From IMG/VR virus record IMGVR_UViG_3300017747_002332, positions 1 through 39,687 of that record: a stretch of 39,687 nucleotides of DNA, one strand, 5' to 3'. The stretch is from a virus (taxonomy: Duplodnaviria > Caudoviricetes). The position numbers and the translations under genes are program-made. The notes below the pieces were generated by a model. The model made no database searches, was not told the DNA's origin, and saw only the letters and a list, made by a program, of their open reading frames with translations. Below are positions 23,785 to 33,700 of this stretch, piece by piece (the first letter of the stretch is position 1; every line of letters starts with the position of its first letter).

Positions 23785-25694
23785 TGGCTACATACTACGT
23801 CAGGGACGATGGCAATGATGCAAATACTGGGCTAGGGTCTACCACTGCTCTTGCTTGGAGGACTGTACAAAAAGCATTGGGAGCCACTGGCATAAGCTCA
23901 GGAGATACGGTTTACATCGCTCCGGGCGTGTACCGAGAAAATGTCACGATTGCAGGTACATACACTGCTGCTACATACATAATCGGTGACCCAACAGCCG
24001 CACAGTTTGCTGGCGTGTCACAGGGTCTTGTGCGTCTTACAAACTACCTAACGCTAGATACAGTTGCGGGTTCTGGGACTATTATTTCCAGTGGTAATAA
24101 AAATTATTTAAATTTTAGTTACCTATATTTTGATGGCTCGGCAACGATGTTGTCCCTAGGTTCCAGTGTTGAGTGTGTTATAGAAAATTGTGCTTTTGTA
24201 GGCTCTAGTCTTACAGCATCCGTTGGCATTACTGGTAGCGTTACAACTGGTGTAACGACTAACAATGTCATAAGAAAATGTATGTTCTCAACTGGTTCAT
24301 ATGGAATCAATTACACTTGTGGTGTCAATCACTCTTCCGATTGGAGTGCTGGCATATCTGTACAAAGTTGTGCGTTTATTGGTTGTTCTTCAGTAACTGC
24401 AAGCAGTGCCGCAGTTCGCTTTGTAAAAGGAGCTGGAGGACTAAACACCAATTTAGCTGGAGGCATTACTGTAGTCAACTGCTATATACAATCGTCTGTC
24501 ATAGGTGTATATTTTGAAAGCATAAGCAACACCACATATCCAACAAACGTTAGAAACTGTTTGATCGCAAACTGTGGAACTGCTATCGTTGGTCGTACAA
24601 CGACAGTAAATTTACAGGATTACAATCGAATCATAGGGTGTACAACTACACTAACAAACGTAGCAACTGGAGCCAATACAGTAACCGTCGGGCCTGTTAT
24701 GCTTGACATAGGAATTTCCCAACTCTTTGGACTATTGGCAAAACAAACGTGGTTTAGCGCACTTCCTGGAAGCCTAAATATTGGATTTGGTGACCCGACT
24801 GGAGCATTGACTACAGACTTATTTGGAGCTACTTGGTTTAACGGTGGAAGTGACCCAGATGCTGGAGCTTTGACATCTATCCAGTTGAGTAATACAAGTT
24901 ACTACCAACCAACCGAGCGCAACGCATCGACCATCACAATCGCTCCAGGAAGCACATCACAGTCCATCGAACTCTACCTTGGTGCTACTGGTCTTACAGC
25001 CTCCACAAGTGGCCTCTCAGCCCGATACAACCGCACACGCACTGCATCTGTAAGCATCCCTCTAGTAGCCCGTACCATCGCTCAGGCGTGGACATCTGGT
25101 GGCTTTGCCGAGGTTGACGCAACCAATATGCCGGGGGTCTACAGATTGGACATCCCTGATGCTGCTTTGGCTGCTGGTGCTGACGATGTCACGGTTGTTG
25201 TCAGAGGTGCAAGCGGTACTAACGGTGCGGTAATGACGGTCAAACTGAGCAGTGGTGGCTTGACGGCAGCGCAGACTGCCTCGGCGGTCTGGGATGAGGC
25301 AGTTGCATCACACGTTACACCCGGGACATTTGGTTTAGTAACCCTTGAAACTAATCAAACTACTTACAATAATTCACAAGACCTTTTATACGTACCGGGG
25401 CTAGTATGGGATGAGGCAAAGTCTACTCACAATATCGCTGGTACATTTGGTGAGCGTCTACAGCCTAATGTTCTTGCGGATGATTTACTCGCTAGAGATA
25501 TAGGTAGTGGTTCAAGTGCAGGGTCTATCAACGAGCGTACAGTACGTAGTGCTTTGCGAGGCTTACGTAATAAGACAACAGTCATCAATAATGAGATGAC
25601 TGTATACAAAGAAGATGATGCAAGTACTGCGTGGTCTGCTACAGTAAGTAGTAGTGATAGCAGTAAGACGATTACTGGCGTTGACCCAGCGTAG
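23784..25694 (+). CDS. Right-handed beta-helix tailspike / receptor-binding protein 1
   Basis: TYYVRxDGxDxNxG...GDTVYIAPGVYRE N-cap and NCxF/I beta-helix rungs. Confidence 0.75.
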   Translation: MATYYVRDDGNDANTGLGSTTALAWRTVQKALGATGISSGDTVYIAPGVYRENVTIAGTYTAATYIIGDPTAAQFAGVSQGLVRLTNYLTLDTVAGSGTIISSGNKNYLNFSYLYFDGSATMLSLGSSVECVIENCAFVGSSLTASVGITGSVTTGVTTNNVIRKCMFSTGSYGINYTCGVNHSSDWSAGISVQSCAFIGCSSVTASSAAVRFVKGAGGLNTNLAGGITVVNCYIQSSVIGVYFESISNTTYPTNVRNCLIANCGTAIVGRTTTVNLQDYNRIIGCTTTLTNVATGANTVTVGPVMLDIGISQLFGLLAKQTWFSALPGSLNIGFGDPTGALTTDLFGATWFNGGSDPDAGALTSIQLSNTSYYQPTERNASTITIAPGSTSQSIELYLGATGLTASTSGLSARYNRTRTASVSIPLVARTIAQAWTSGGFAEVDATNMPGVYRLDIPDAALAAGADDVTVVVRGASGTNGAVMTVKLSSGGLTAAQTASAVWDEAVASHVTPGTFGLVTLETNQTTYNNSQDLLYVPGLVWDEAKSTHNIAGTFGERLQPNVLADDLLARDIGSGSSAGSINERTVRSALRGLRNKTTVINNEMTVYKEDDASTAWSATVSSSDSSKTITGVDPA

Positions 25695-25703
25695 AGGTAT
25701 TAG

Positions 25704-25793
25704 ATGAATCTTCAGAACTGTAAGATGGAAACACGCCTTGGTAAAGTTGAAAGCCGGGTGTCTAACATTGAAGGGCGTATGAACACAAGATGA
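25704..25793 (+). pseudogene. 29-aa chimeric remnant (MNLQN start fused to a coiled-coil tail)
   Basis: Own translation MNLQNCKMETRLGKVESRVSNIEGRMNTR. Confidence 0.5.
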
Positions 25794-26017
25794 ACCTGCA
25801 AAACTTCCGCATTGAAAAAGAACCTGCACCTTCTACTGACTGGCGTGTCTTTGGTGACATCGAGGATGACAACGGTACTCTGTTAGGTACATTCGGTGTT
25901 GATGGTACGAGCGTAAATGTCTGGTGGGTCACTCAGGATGAGCAGTTTCAATATGGGATTGTGCAACAGTTCGCTGTGATGATGGCTCAAGAGATTATTC
26001 AAGGGACGGCTGAGTAA
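25790..26017 (+). CDS. Tailspike-associated small protein, copy 2
   Basis: 75 aa, near-identical to 23557-23784. Confidence 0.85.
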   Translation: MNLQNFRIEKEPAPSTDWRVFGDIEDDNGTLLGTFGVDGTSVNVWWVTQDEQFQYGIVQQFAVMMAQEIIQGTAE

Positions 26018-28065
26018 TGGCAACATATTACGTCAGGACTGATGGTAGTGATGTAAACGCTGGTACAGGGCCTGCAACAAATCAAGCGTGGCAAACTGTA
26101 GGAAAGGCACTCGGAGCAGCTGGTATTGGTGTCGGTGACACTTTGTATATTGCTCCCGGTGTTTATCGTGAGTCGGTCACAGCGGCATTTACAAACCCAA
26201 CATCAGAAGGACAGCGAATCACGATATCTGGTGACCCAACCGCTTCACAGTTTAGCGGTGTAACTGCTGGGCCAGTCATTATAACAAGTTATACAAGCAA
26301 TACTAGTTCAACTTTAAGTCGTGCGCTAACAATAGGAAAATCGTATATCACGATTCAGAATTTGCACATAACAGGGTATGCAACTGGTGGCTCTGGCATA
26401 TATGGCGGCGTTTTTGTGGTGGGAGGTACATCTATCATTGTCACATCGTGTGGGTTCTATACGCCCGCTAACAATGTTGACATGAACACTGCGTTTTCTT
26501 TTGACCCAATACAGAGCACTGCTGGATTTACAGTTTCAAAATGTATATTTTTCGGACCTGTGCGTTTTGGTGTATCTGGTACAACCGCGGCGTGGGATTC
26601 TCAGACAACATTTACAGATTGCATTTTTATAAATCCATCTGCATACACACCTACTTCTTGTTTGCTTTTGTATAGCCCAGCAGGAGCGCATCTTGGTGGT
26701 GCGACAATACAAAACTGTAGGTTTATAGGTAATACTGGTGTTGCTCCGTATCCCGGAAACAATATGTCCACGACATATCCGATTGTAGTTCGCAACTGCA
26801 TCTTTGAAACATCAACCGGAATCACATCAACTACAAACAATGGTCAAATAGTTGAGTCGTACAATATTTTTAATTGTGGCACAGCTCGAACAAATGTCGG
26901 CACTGGAACAGGCTCTTTAAGTCGTGCGTTCATATCGCCGGACTACAATCTAAGCCGAATCACAGGATGGGGAAACTTCCCGTTCTGGGCTAACCATTCA
27001 AGCAGTGCATCGCAGAACGCCGGCACATCAACGGGCGCACCTGCCGCTGATATCTATGGTGTAACGTGGCTTGCGCCATCTACTCCAACAATGGGTGCGA
27101 TTGAGTACTTTGATTATTCAGACACTGGTCGTTACATCCCAACCGAACGCAACGCATCCACAATCACAATCGCTCCCGGCTCCACATCCCAGAGCATCGA
27201 ACTGTACCTCGGTGTTACAGGCCTAACAGCCTCCACATCTGGCTTATCCGCCTATTACAACCGTACACGTACCGCAGACGTACAGATACCTCTCGTTGCT
27301 CGTGTGATTGATGGGTCAAATCCTTCTGGAGTATGGACATCAGGTGGATTCGCTGAAGTCAACGCTAGTACGATGCCTGGCGTATATCGACTTGACCTAC
27401 CAGATGCAGCAGTCGCAGCGGGTGCAGATGACGTAACAGTCGTTGTCAGAGGTGCGTCAGGTACTAATGGTGCAGTATTGACTATCAAACTCAGTTCTGG
27501 TGGTCTAACCGCTGCGCAAACAGCACAAGCTGTTCTTGATGCAGTCGCATCAACACACAACAATATTGGTTCCATAGGTGCGTTCATACAAGACAAGTCA
27601 GGTTATTCACTCTCTACATCCCAGACGTTCAATACAACGGGTTCTGTAGGAAGTGTTACTGGCAATGTGACAGGTAACGTAACAGGAACCGTAGGTGGTG
27701 TAGTTGGCAACGTAGTTGGTAACCTTACTGGTTCTGTAGGTACTGTTGCTACACCTGACAACATTATCGATGGCGTGTGGGATGAACAGCGTGTTGGTCA
27801 TACTGCAAGTGGCTCGTTTGGTGAGAAGCTTCAGACGAATGCTATGGCTGATGAGATGCTTGCACGAGACCTTGGTAGTGGCTTGAATGCTGGTACTGCT
27901 GAGGAGCGTACTGTACGTTCAGCGTTACGTGCTTTGCGTAACAAGGTGAATGTCGGTAGTTCTCAGATGGTTGTAAAGAAGGAAGATGATACGACTGACG
28001 CTTGGACTGCATCGGTTACAACGACTGCGGTATCATCCAACGTAAGTGGTATAGACCCGAATTAA
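26017..28065 (+). CDS. Right-handed beta-helix tailspike / receptor-binding protein 2
   Basis: Paralog of 23784-25694 with a divergent beta-helix core and an extra G-[NS]-V-x tetrapeptide repeat. Confidence 0.75.
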   Translation: MATYYVRTDGSDVNAGTGPATNQAWQTVGKALGAAGIGVGDTLYIAPGVYRESVTAAFTNPTSEGQRITISGDPTASQFSGVTAGPVIITSYTSNTSSTLSRALTIGKSYITIQNLHITGYATGGSGIYGGVFVVGGTSIIVTSCGFYTPANNVDMNTAFSFDPIQSTAGFTVSKCIFFGPVRFGVSGTTAAWDSQTTFTDCIFINPSAYTPTSCLLLYSPAGAHLGGATIQNCRFIGNTGVAPYPGNNMSTTYPIVVRNCIFETSTGITSTTNNGQIVESYNIFNCGTARTNVGTGTGSLSRAFISPDYNLSRITGWGNFPFWANHSSSASQNAGTSTGAPAADIYGVTWLAPSTPTMGAIEYFDYSDTGRYIPTERNASTITIAPGSTSQSIELYLGVTGLTASTSGLSAYYNRTRTADVQIPLVARVIDGSNPSGVWTSGGFAEVNASTMPGVYRLDLPDAAVAAGADDVTVVVRGASGTNGAVLTIKLSSGGLTAAQTAQAVLDAVASTHNNIGSIGAFIQDKSGYSLSTSQTFNTTGSVGSVTGNVTGNVTGTVGGVVGNVVGNLTGSVGTVATPDNIIDGVWDEQRVGHTASGSFGEKLQTNAMADEMLARDLGSGLNAGTAEERTVRSALRALRNKVNVGSSQMVVKKEDDTTDAWTASVTTTAVSSNVSGIDPN

Positions 28066-28075
28066 GGAATAAGAG

Positions 28076-28465
28076 ATGCCTACAACAACTGCTATGACGA
28101 ACACTCTTGAGAGTGCGTTGATTAATCTTATATTGAATGGAACTTCGTATACTGCTGGTCAGGTTACTTATGTTGGCATTCTAAGTGCTGCTGGTAGTGA
28201 CTCAGCACAAACTGAAATGAGTGGTAGTTCCCGTCAGGCGATTGCTTTTGGGAGTTCGACCAGTGGTAGTGCAGTTACTAATACAGGGGCTATTACATTC
28301 ACTAACTCAGGTTGGGGTTCTACTTCTGTTTATGGTGTGGGTTTTTATACTGCTGCTTCATCTGGCACTTGTCTGCTATACGGTAATTTTGATAGTGTTG
28401 TCACTGTAACTTCAGGTCAGTCCCTACAGTTCAACATTGCTGGAATTACTATATCTATGGATTAA
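28076..28465 (+). CDS. Virion tail-associated protein
   Basis: LESALIN...YVGI...RQAIAF...TNTGAITF...WG...LLYG pattern of a common phage tail protein family. Confidence 0.65.
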   Translation: MPTTTAMTNTLESALINLILNGTSYTAGQVTYVGILSAAGSDSAQTEMSGSSRQAIAFGSSTSGSAVTNTGAITFTNSGWGSTSVYGVGFYTAASSGTCLLYGNFDSVVTVTSGQSLQFNIAGITISMD

Positions 28466-28468
28466 TAG

Positions 28469-29221
28469 ATGCCTACAGAAGAAGAGGGTGGTGGACTACC
28501 TCCTGCACCAGTACCTGCCCCAGAAGTTATAACTGACTTTGGTCAAGGTGGTGGCGGTGATGCAGTCATTACGATTGAGCCTCCAATCATTGTCCCTCCT
28601 TCTGGTTTTAGTCTTTCTGGTCAAGCCACTGTAACGTTACCTGTCTTTGCAACGATATCTTTATCGGGACGTGCAACGACTAGTGTTACACCTACTCAGA
28701 TACGTTCAGTATCTCTTAGTGGTTTTGCAACCACAAGTGAACAACCTAGGGCTGTTCAATCACCTACTCTAAATGGTAGGGCTACTGTAGATGCTCTACC
28801 TGTAATCAACTTTGCGTTAGCCTTAAATGGTACGGCTACGGTTGATACTAACCCTATTGTTGGTGGTGTAGTTGAAGCAAGTATTACTCTTTCAGGGAGT
28901 GCATCTGTTGACCTAGAGGTAGGTTATACAGTTTGTGAGTGTCCTGACTACCTATTCGACCCTGTAGATGATTTACCTGCTGGCTCATTCCGTAGTGGTG
29001 TATTTATCCCTTGTCTAAGGCTTGCTGCTGGTAGCGTGTTTGTACCTGCTACAACTGAGCAGACGTGGATACGTCGTAACGACAACGGATGCCATACATA
29101 TGGCGCAGTAGGCTTTGCATTCCCTCTGGGTCCACTAATGTTGCGGTATGCAAATGCAACTACTACTATCAAGTACGTGCCAACAATATCAAATAGTTGG
29201 AAACGTAGAGGGTGTGACTAA
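28469..29221 (+). CDS. Virion protein with LSGxAT repeats
   Basis: Repeated L-[SN]-G-x-A-[TS] motifs; located in the structural operon. Confidence 0.6.
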   Translation: MPTEEEGGGLPPAPVPAPEVITDFGQGGGGDAVITIEPPIIVPPSGFSLSGQATVTLPVFATISLSGRATTSVTPTQIRSVSLSGFATTSEQPRAVQSPTLNGRATVDALPVINFALALNGTATVDTNPIVGGVVEASITLSGSASVDLEVGYTVCECPDYLFDPVDDLPAGSFRSGVFIPCLRLAAGSVFVPATTEQTWIRRNDNGCHTYGAVGFAFPLGPLMLRYANATTTIKYVPTISNSWKRRGCD

Positions 29222-32200
29222 TGGCAGATACAACACGTATGGTTACTGATTCAGCGTTACCTTTCGTTGTTGGCGATAAGGTCTGGCGTGGTATTGACAC
29301 CTATAATGACGCTAACAAGCTTGATACAGGGTACGCAGAGACAATCAACAACCTTCAACTTGATGGTGGTTCTCTTGTTCTAAGGAATGGATGGCAGGGT
29401 TTACTTCAACCAACTGAGTTGAATGCTTCTGCTAGTGACGCTAATGGCGTTTACGAGATGGTCCCTATCAAAGGTGCATCTGGTGTAACTAGTAACTTTG
29501 TATATACATCAGCTGGTGATGTACGCCTATTCAATACGACTACTAATACGTATACCAACCTTACAACTGACAGTGCGTTTGACACGTTGTATAGCCCTAA
29601 TGTCAGGATGGTTGCTTACGGTAAGTATGTGTATGGTGTTCCAGGGCTAAAGTCTGATGGGACTGAATCACCTATTGGTTTATTTAGAACTGATGGTTCA
29701 ACCATTCAGATTGTTCCTACTATCGCTGGATTCCCTAATCTAAAGCCTTCAGCAAGAGCGTATGCGTTTGCTGAGTACACCGTACCTAGTACGAATAAAC
29801 ATACATTCATAGATTCTGCTGTTGGTCCTATCCTTAGAACAGGTGGGATTACAACACTTATTTCTGACTGGAACTTTACTGCTGGTAGTACAGGCTCTAT
29901 GCCTACTAGTGGTGCTGCTTGGCTCAAGTATTCAGGTGACCCAGTACGTAAGGCTATTCCATATACTGTTGATGCTGGCAACTTTCCATCTGGTGTAACT
30001 GCTCAAATTGTGTCACCACTCGGTCAGGGTGCTACCCGTATGATTGAGATTGCTGGTACGGATGATGGTATCTATCAGAACATTCCGTATACCAGTACAC
30101 CTGTTACCTTCACTAATGGTAGTGCCAATATAGGTGGTACGTTTGTCCCTGTACCTGTTGCTGGTACACCTGTTGAGTTTACTACTGCTGGGACACTACC
30201 AACTAACTTTGCTATCAATACAACCTACTTTGTTGTAGGTACTCCATCATCATCTACGATTACGGTATCGAGTACTGTTGGTGGTACGGCTATATCTGCT
30301 GGTAGTGCTGGTAGTGGTACTCATGCATTGCAGTACATCAACGTACCAGATGAGCAAGTTAACTTCACGAACCAGAATGATAGTTCTAGTGCCATTAGTT
30401 GTTCTGTAGCATCTAGCACTACTGTTACGAGTTCAGCACACAACCTAAAGGTTGGTCAAAAGATTATTTTTGCAGGGTCATTAGGTATCCCTGCTAACAC
30501 TCCTGCGTGGGTGTTGACTGTACCTAGTGTGAATACATTTACTGTATCTATTGTTAGCCAGGGTGGTGCTGCTTATACCTTTACTGATACAGGAATCAAT
30601 AGTTACTTCACCATTCAAGGTGTTGGTATGTATCTTGTTAGCCTATGGGCTATGAACGTAGATACTCAGAATAGTGTTACTGGTCAAAGTATCAAGGTGT
30701 CCCTGCAAGCCTATAAGGATGGTGTTGCTATTCAGGGTGCGTATGCATCTGCTATTGTTGCGCCACCTATTGCACGTTCAGGTACTGACTGGATAAAGGC
30801 TAACCTGTTATGTGACTTCCGTCCATTCAGAGACCAGATTACTTCGTTCCAAATTCTCATTCAGAACATCAACGCTAAGGACGGTAGCCAGAAGGGTATC
30901 TACGTAACCAACGTAAACCTACACGCTGTTAGCCCTAGGTTGAATAGTGATAGTACTGATGCTGCCGACCCTATTACAGGACTTGTAAAGGTCAAGGTGT
31001 ACCAGAACAATACTAATGTAGCTGGTTATGCTGGTCTCCTTAAGGGGTGTGCTGCTAAGTTCTCATTTGCTACTGGTAAGGACTGGAGTAAGTACGACAC
31101 TGTCAGTATGCGTATGCAGTTTCCTGAGAAGATACGTACATCTATTCCTAATCTAAGGATTGGACTCCAACAGGCTAACGCTGCTATCGAGTGGGGTGGT
31201 TACGGAACCCTAGATGAGAAGAACGGTTACATGACTTGGAGTGTGCGTGGATTTACTGATTCACGTATTAGTGCTGTCAGGCAGATGTACCTTAGAGTTG
31301 AAGATGACGTACAGGACTTGGTTGATGGCGAAGACTTCATGTACGTTGGAGATATTGTTGTCAACGGTAACCTATCTACTGGGATTAAGTATACGTATCG
31401 TTTTTCTCGTTGGTATCCTGAAGATGGTGCATCTGCTCCATATGTACCGGGTACTGGTACAGGTACTTCAACTGTTTACCTCAAGGGATTTGAGAGTGAA
31501 CTCTCAGGAGTAAGTGAAGAGATTACGACTAGTGAGGCGTTGTCTGCTAACCAGATTCTATTGAATCCTGGAGGTGAGACTCTTACTGGTACTGGTTACA
31601 CACACCTTATTATCTACCGTTCTAGTACTGCGTTTACTGATGGTTTGTATAGGTGTCTTGGTTCTATCAATCTTAGTGACAACACCATTAATGGTCCTAA
31701 CCTGACGCTACTTAGTTCATCTGGTGGAATCACTTTGATTGATAACGTGGCTGAGTCTGCTACGTTTGATGATGGACCTAAGGGTTCTCAGGGTGACGTG
31801 TATGAGTCTGGTCAAGATAATTTTCCTGCAGGTGCAACGGCTATTGCTGTTCACCAGAATAGATTGTGGGTAAGTAAGAATAACTCTTTATGGGTATCTT
31901 GGCAGTTTGATTCAGACAACGAGTACACAATTAATACTACTCACGTCCCGCTTCCTACTGACCCTAAGATAGGAATCAAAGGTGCATCGTTTGATGTCTC
32001 CTCGAAAGATGACAAAGAGTTCATCGTGAATATGTTGTCGTACCACGGCGATATGATGTCACGTAACAACAGTACGACAGCTGTCCTTCTCGTCTTCCGA
32101 GAGAATACCGTCTATCCGGTAACAGGTTTTGACCCTAGTAACTATTCCATTCAGGCGTTCTTGCGTGAACCTGGTATTGGCTTGCTTGCACCTAGAGCGT

Positions 32201-33204
32201 TGGCTAATGTACTTGGTCAACCTTGGTACTTGAATGCTAAGGGTGTTGTCCAGTTCGCTGGTACTGAGGTTATCGCTAAGTCTATTGCCCTTGATGGCTT
32301 GTTGTCTATAACGCCTTATAGGGTTCAGGTTGGTAGCGATAATTTCATTACTGCTGACCAGTATTCCAAGTCCGCTATGGTGATGCACGATAAGAAGTGC
32401 TTCTTGTTTGCACCTAGAGCGTATAAGACTGATACGACTGACTACCGTAAGAACATACAGGCATATGTATGGGATACGAGATATGCAGGATGGGTATCGT
32501 TTGATGCACCTGCGACCATAACGGATGGTCTATCTGTAGATACTACGAACGATAGTAGTATTCTATACGCTGGTGGAAGTGACGGTCAGATATACATACT
32601 GAACAAGTTCTATGACAGCTTGTATACGTATAAGCCTACTGGTGGTACTGGTACTACAACACTTACATTCTCAGGGACTACGAATACTACTGGTCTAGCG
32701 GTTAATGATGCAGTCATTATTACTAAGGCTGGTGGTGGACTTACTTTAAATGCAACTATGTATGTCAAAGCGGTTACTAATAATAGTGTTCAGTTGAGTA
32801 CAGCGGTTGGTGGTCCTGCATATACGTTTGTAAGTACTGTTCCTAACTTCTGTAAGCAGGGTGCTATTGATTGGAATGTATTGACCAGAGCGTTTGGTCA
32901 AGCTTATTCAGATGGTGTTTCATACTACGCTAAGAACCGTCCTTCTCAGGTTGACTTACACGCAGTCGGTAAGGCGAGTGTAGGTTCTGAGGTTGATTGG
33001 TCTGTGGTGAATGAGCGAGGCATCCAGTCTACAGGTATGTATAAGATTACTGGAGATTCCTCTAGGGCTATACGTGGTCTGAGTCGTGATGTTGTTGGTG
33101 TTAACTTCCAGATAGGTTTATCTGGTACTGAGTTGGACTTCCCTTTTAGGTTGTATGCAGTACACCTGCATATGATTGAGAGTGGAATACAGAGGCATAG
33201 ATAA
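29221..33204 (+). CDS. Tail nozzle / tail tubular B-like protein with inserted domains
   Basis: N-terminal WRGID...NLQLDGGSLVLRNG, beta-propeller motifs (AVHQNRLWVS, LLVFRENTVY), position before ejection proteins. Confidence 0.7.
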   Translation: MADTTRMVTDSALPFVVGDKVWRGIDTYNDANKLDTGYAETINNLQLDGGSLVLRNGWQGLLQPTELNASASDANGVYEMVPIKGASGVTSNFVYTSAGDVRLFNTTTNTYTNLTTDSAFDTLYSPNVRMVAYGKYVYGVPGLKSDGTESPIGLFRTDGSTIQIVPTIAGFPNLKPSARAYAFAEYTVPSTNKHTFIDSAVGPILRTGGITTLISDWNFTAGSTGSMPTSGAAWLKYSGDPVRKAIPYTVDAGNFPSGVTAQIVSPLGQGATRMIEIAGTDDGIYQNIPYTSTPVTFTNGSANIGGTFVPVPVAGTPVEFTTAGTLPTNFAINTTYFVVGTPSSSTITVSSTVGGTAISAGSAGSGTHALQYINVPDEQVNFTNQNDSSSAISCSVASSTTVTSSAHNLKVGQKIIFAGSLGIPANTPAWVLTVPSVNTFTVSIVSQGGAAYTFTDTGINSYFTIQGVGMYLVSLWAMNVDTQNSVTGQSIKVSLQAYKDGVAIQGAYASAIVAPPIARSGTDWIKANLLCDFRPFRDQITSFQILIQNINAKDGSQKGIYVTNVNLHAVSPRLNSDSTDAADPITGLVKVKVYQNNTNVAGYAGLLKGCAAKFSFATGKDWSKYDTVSMRMQFPEKIRTSIPNLRIGLQQANAAIEWGGYGTLDEKNGYMTWSVRGFTDSRISAVRQMYLRVEDDVQDLVDGEDFMYVGDIVVNGNLSTGIKYTYRFSRWYPEDGASAPYVPGTGTGTSTVYLKGFESELSGVSEEITTSEALSANQILLNPGGETLTGTGYTHLIIYRSSTAFTDGLYRCLGSINLSDNTINGPNLTLLSSSGGITLIDNVAESATFDDGPKGSQGDVYESGQDNFPAGATAIAVHQNRLWVSKNNSLWVSWQFDSDNEYTINTTHVPLPTDPKIGIKGASFDVSSKDDKEFIVNMLSYHGDMMSRNNSTTAVLLVFRENTVYPVTGFDPSNYSIQAFLREPGIGLLAPRALANVLGQPWYLNAKGVVQFAGTEVIAKSIALDGLLSITPYRVQVGSDNFITADQYSKSAMVMHDKKCFLFAPRAYKTDTTDYRKNIQAYVWDTRYAGWVSFDAPATITDGLSVDTTNDSSILYAGGSDGQIYILNKFYDSLYTYKPTGGTGTTTLTFSGTTNTTGLAVNDAVIITKAGGGLTLNATMYVKAVTNNSVQLSTAVGGPAYTFVSTVPNFCKQGAIDWNVLTRAFGQAYSDGVSYYAKNRPSQVDLHAVGKASVGSEVDWSVVNERGIQSTGMYKITGDSSRAIRGLSRDVVGVNFQIGLSGTELDFPFRLYAVHLHMIESGIQRHR

Positions 33205-33653
33205 TGTCGATACCTACACCTGCACCTGTTACACCTCCGGGTGACCAAGGTGTGCCAGCGGTAACAATATTGCCTGGTGGTAGTGCGTTAGTGATTGAAG
33301 GAGACTTCAGTACATATAACGAACGTCCTAAGGCAGTTGCAGCTGAGATTACGATTACGACTACGACTGCATCAACGATTACTCTTGATAACGCTCCATA
33401 TGTTTTGAGGTGTGACACTACTAGTAATAATGTAACTGTTACGTTCCCACCTGCTAACTCTTGTATAGGTCGTATTGTTTGGTTAGCCAAAGCGGACTCA
33501 GGAAGCAACGAAGTATTCTTTGTTGTACAGACTGGTGATACGTTATGGAAGCCATCACACTTTACTAGTTTGAAGAGTACGCATACCTGTTGTTCGTTTA
33601 TTGCGTGTACTGATGGGACTAATCCTGGCTGGCAGGTGCTTAGTTTTTCGTAA
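33204..33653 (+). CDS. Small tail protein
   Basis: DTTSNNVTVTFPPA...GR...KADSGSN motif common in phage tail proteins. Confidence 0.6.
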   Translation: MSIPTPAPVTPPGDQGVPAVTILPGGSALVIEGDFSTYNERPKAVAAEITITTTTASTITLDNAPYVLRCDTTSNNVTVTFPPANSCIGRIVWLAKADSGSNEVFFVVQTGDTLWKPSHFTSLKSTHTCCSFIACTDGTNPGWQVLSFS

Positions 33654-33700
33654 GAGTATAATCGTGTTTATAGTAATCGTAAAAGTAATGGTGCAAGATA

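Noticed and set aside
23557-28065. Diversity-generating retroelement or invertase shufflon behind the duplicated spikes
   Set aside because: No reverse transcriptase or recombinase in the window, copies are direct rather than inverted, and differences are not adenine-specific.
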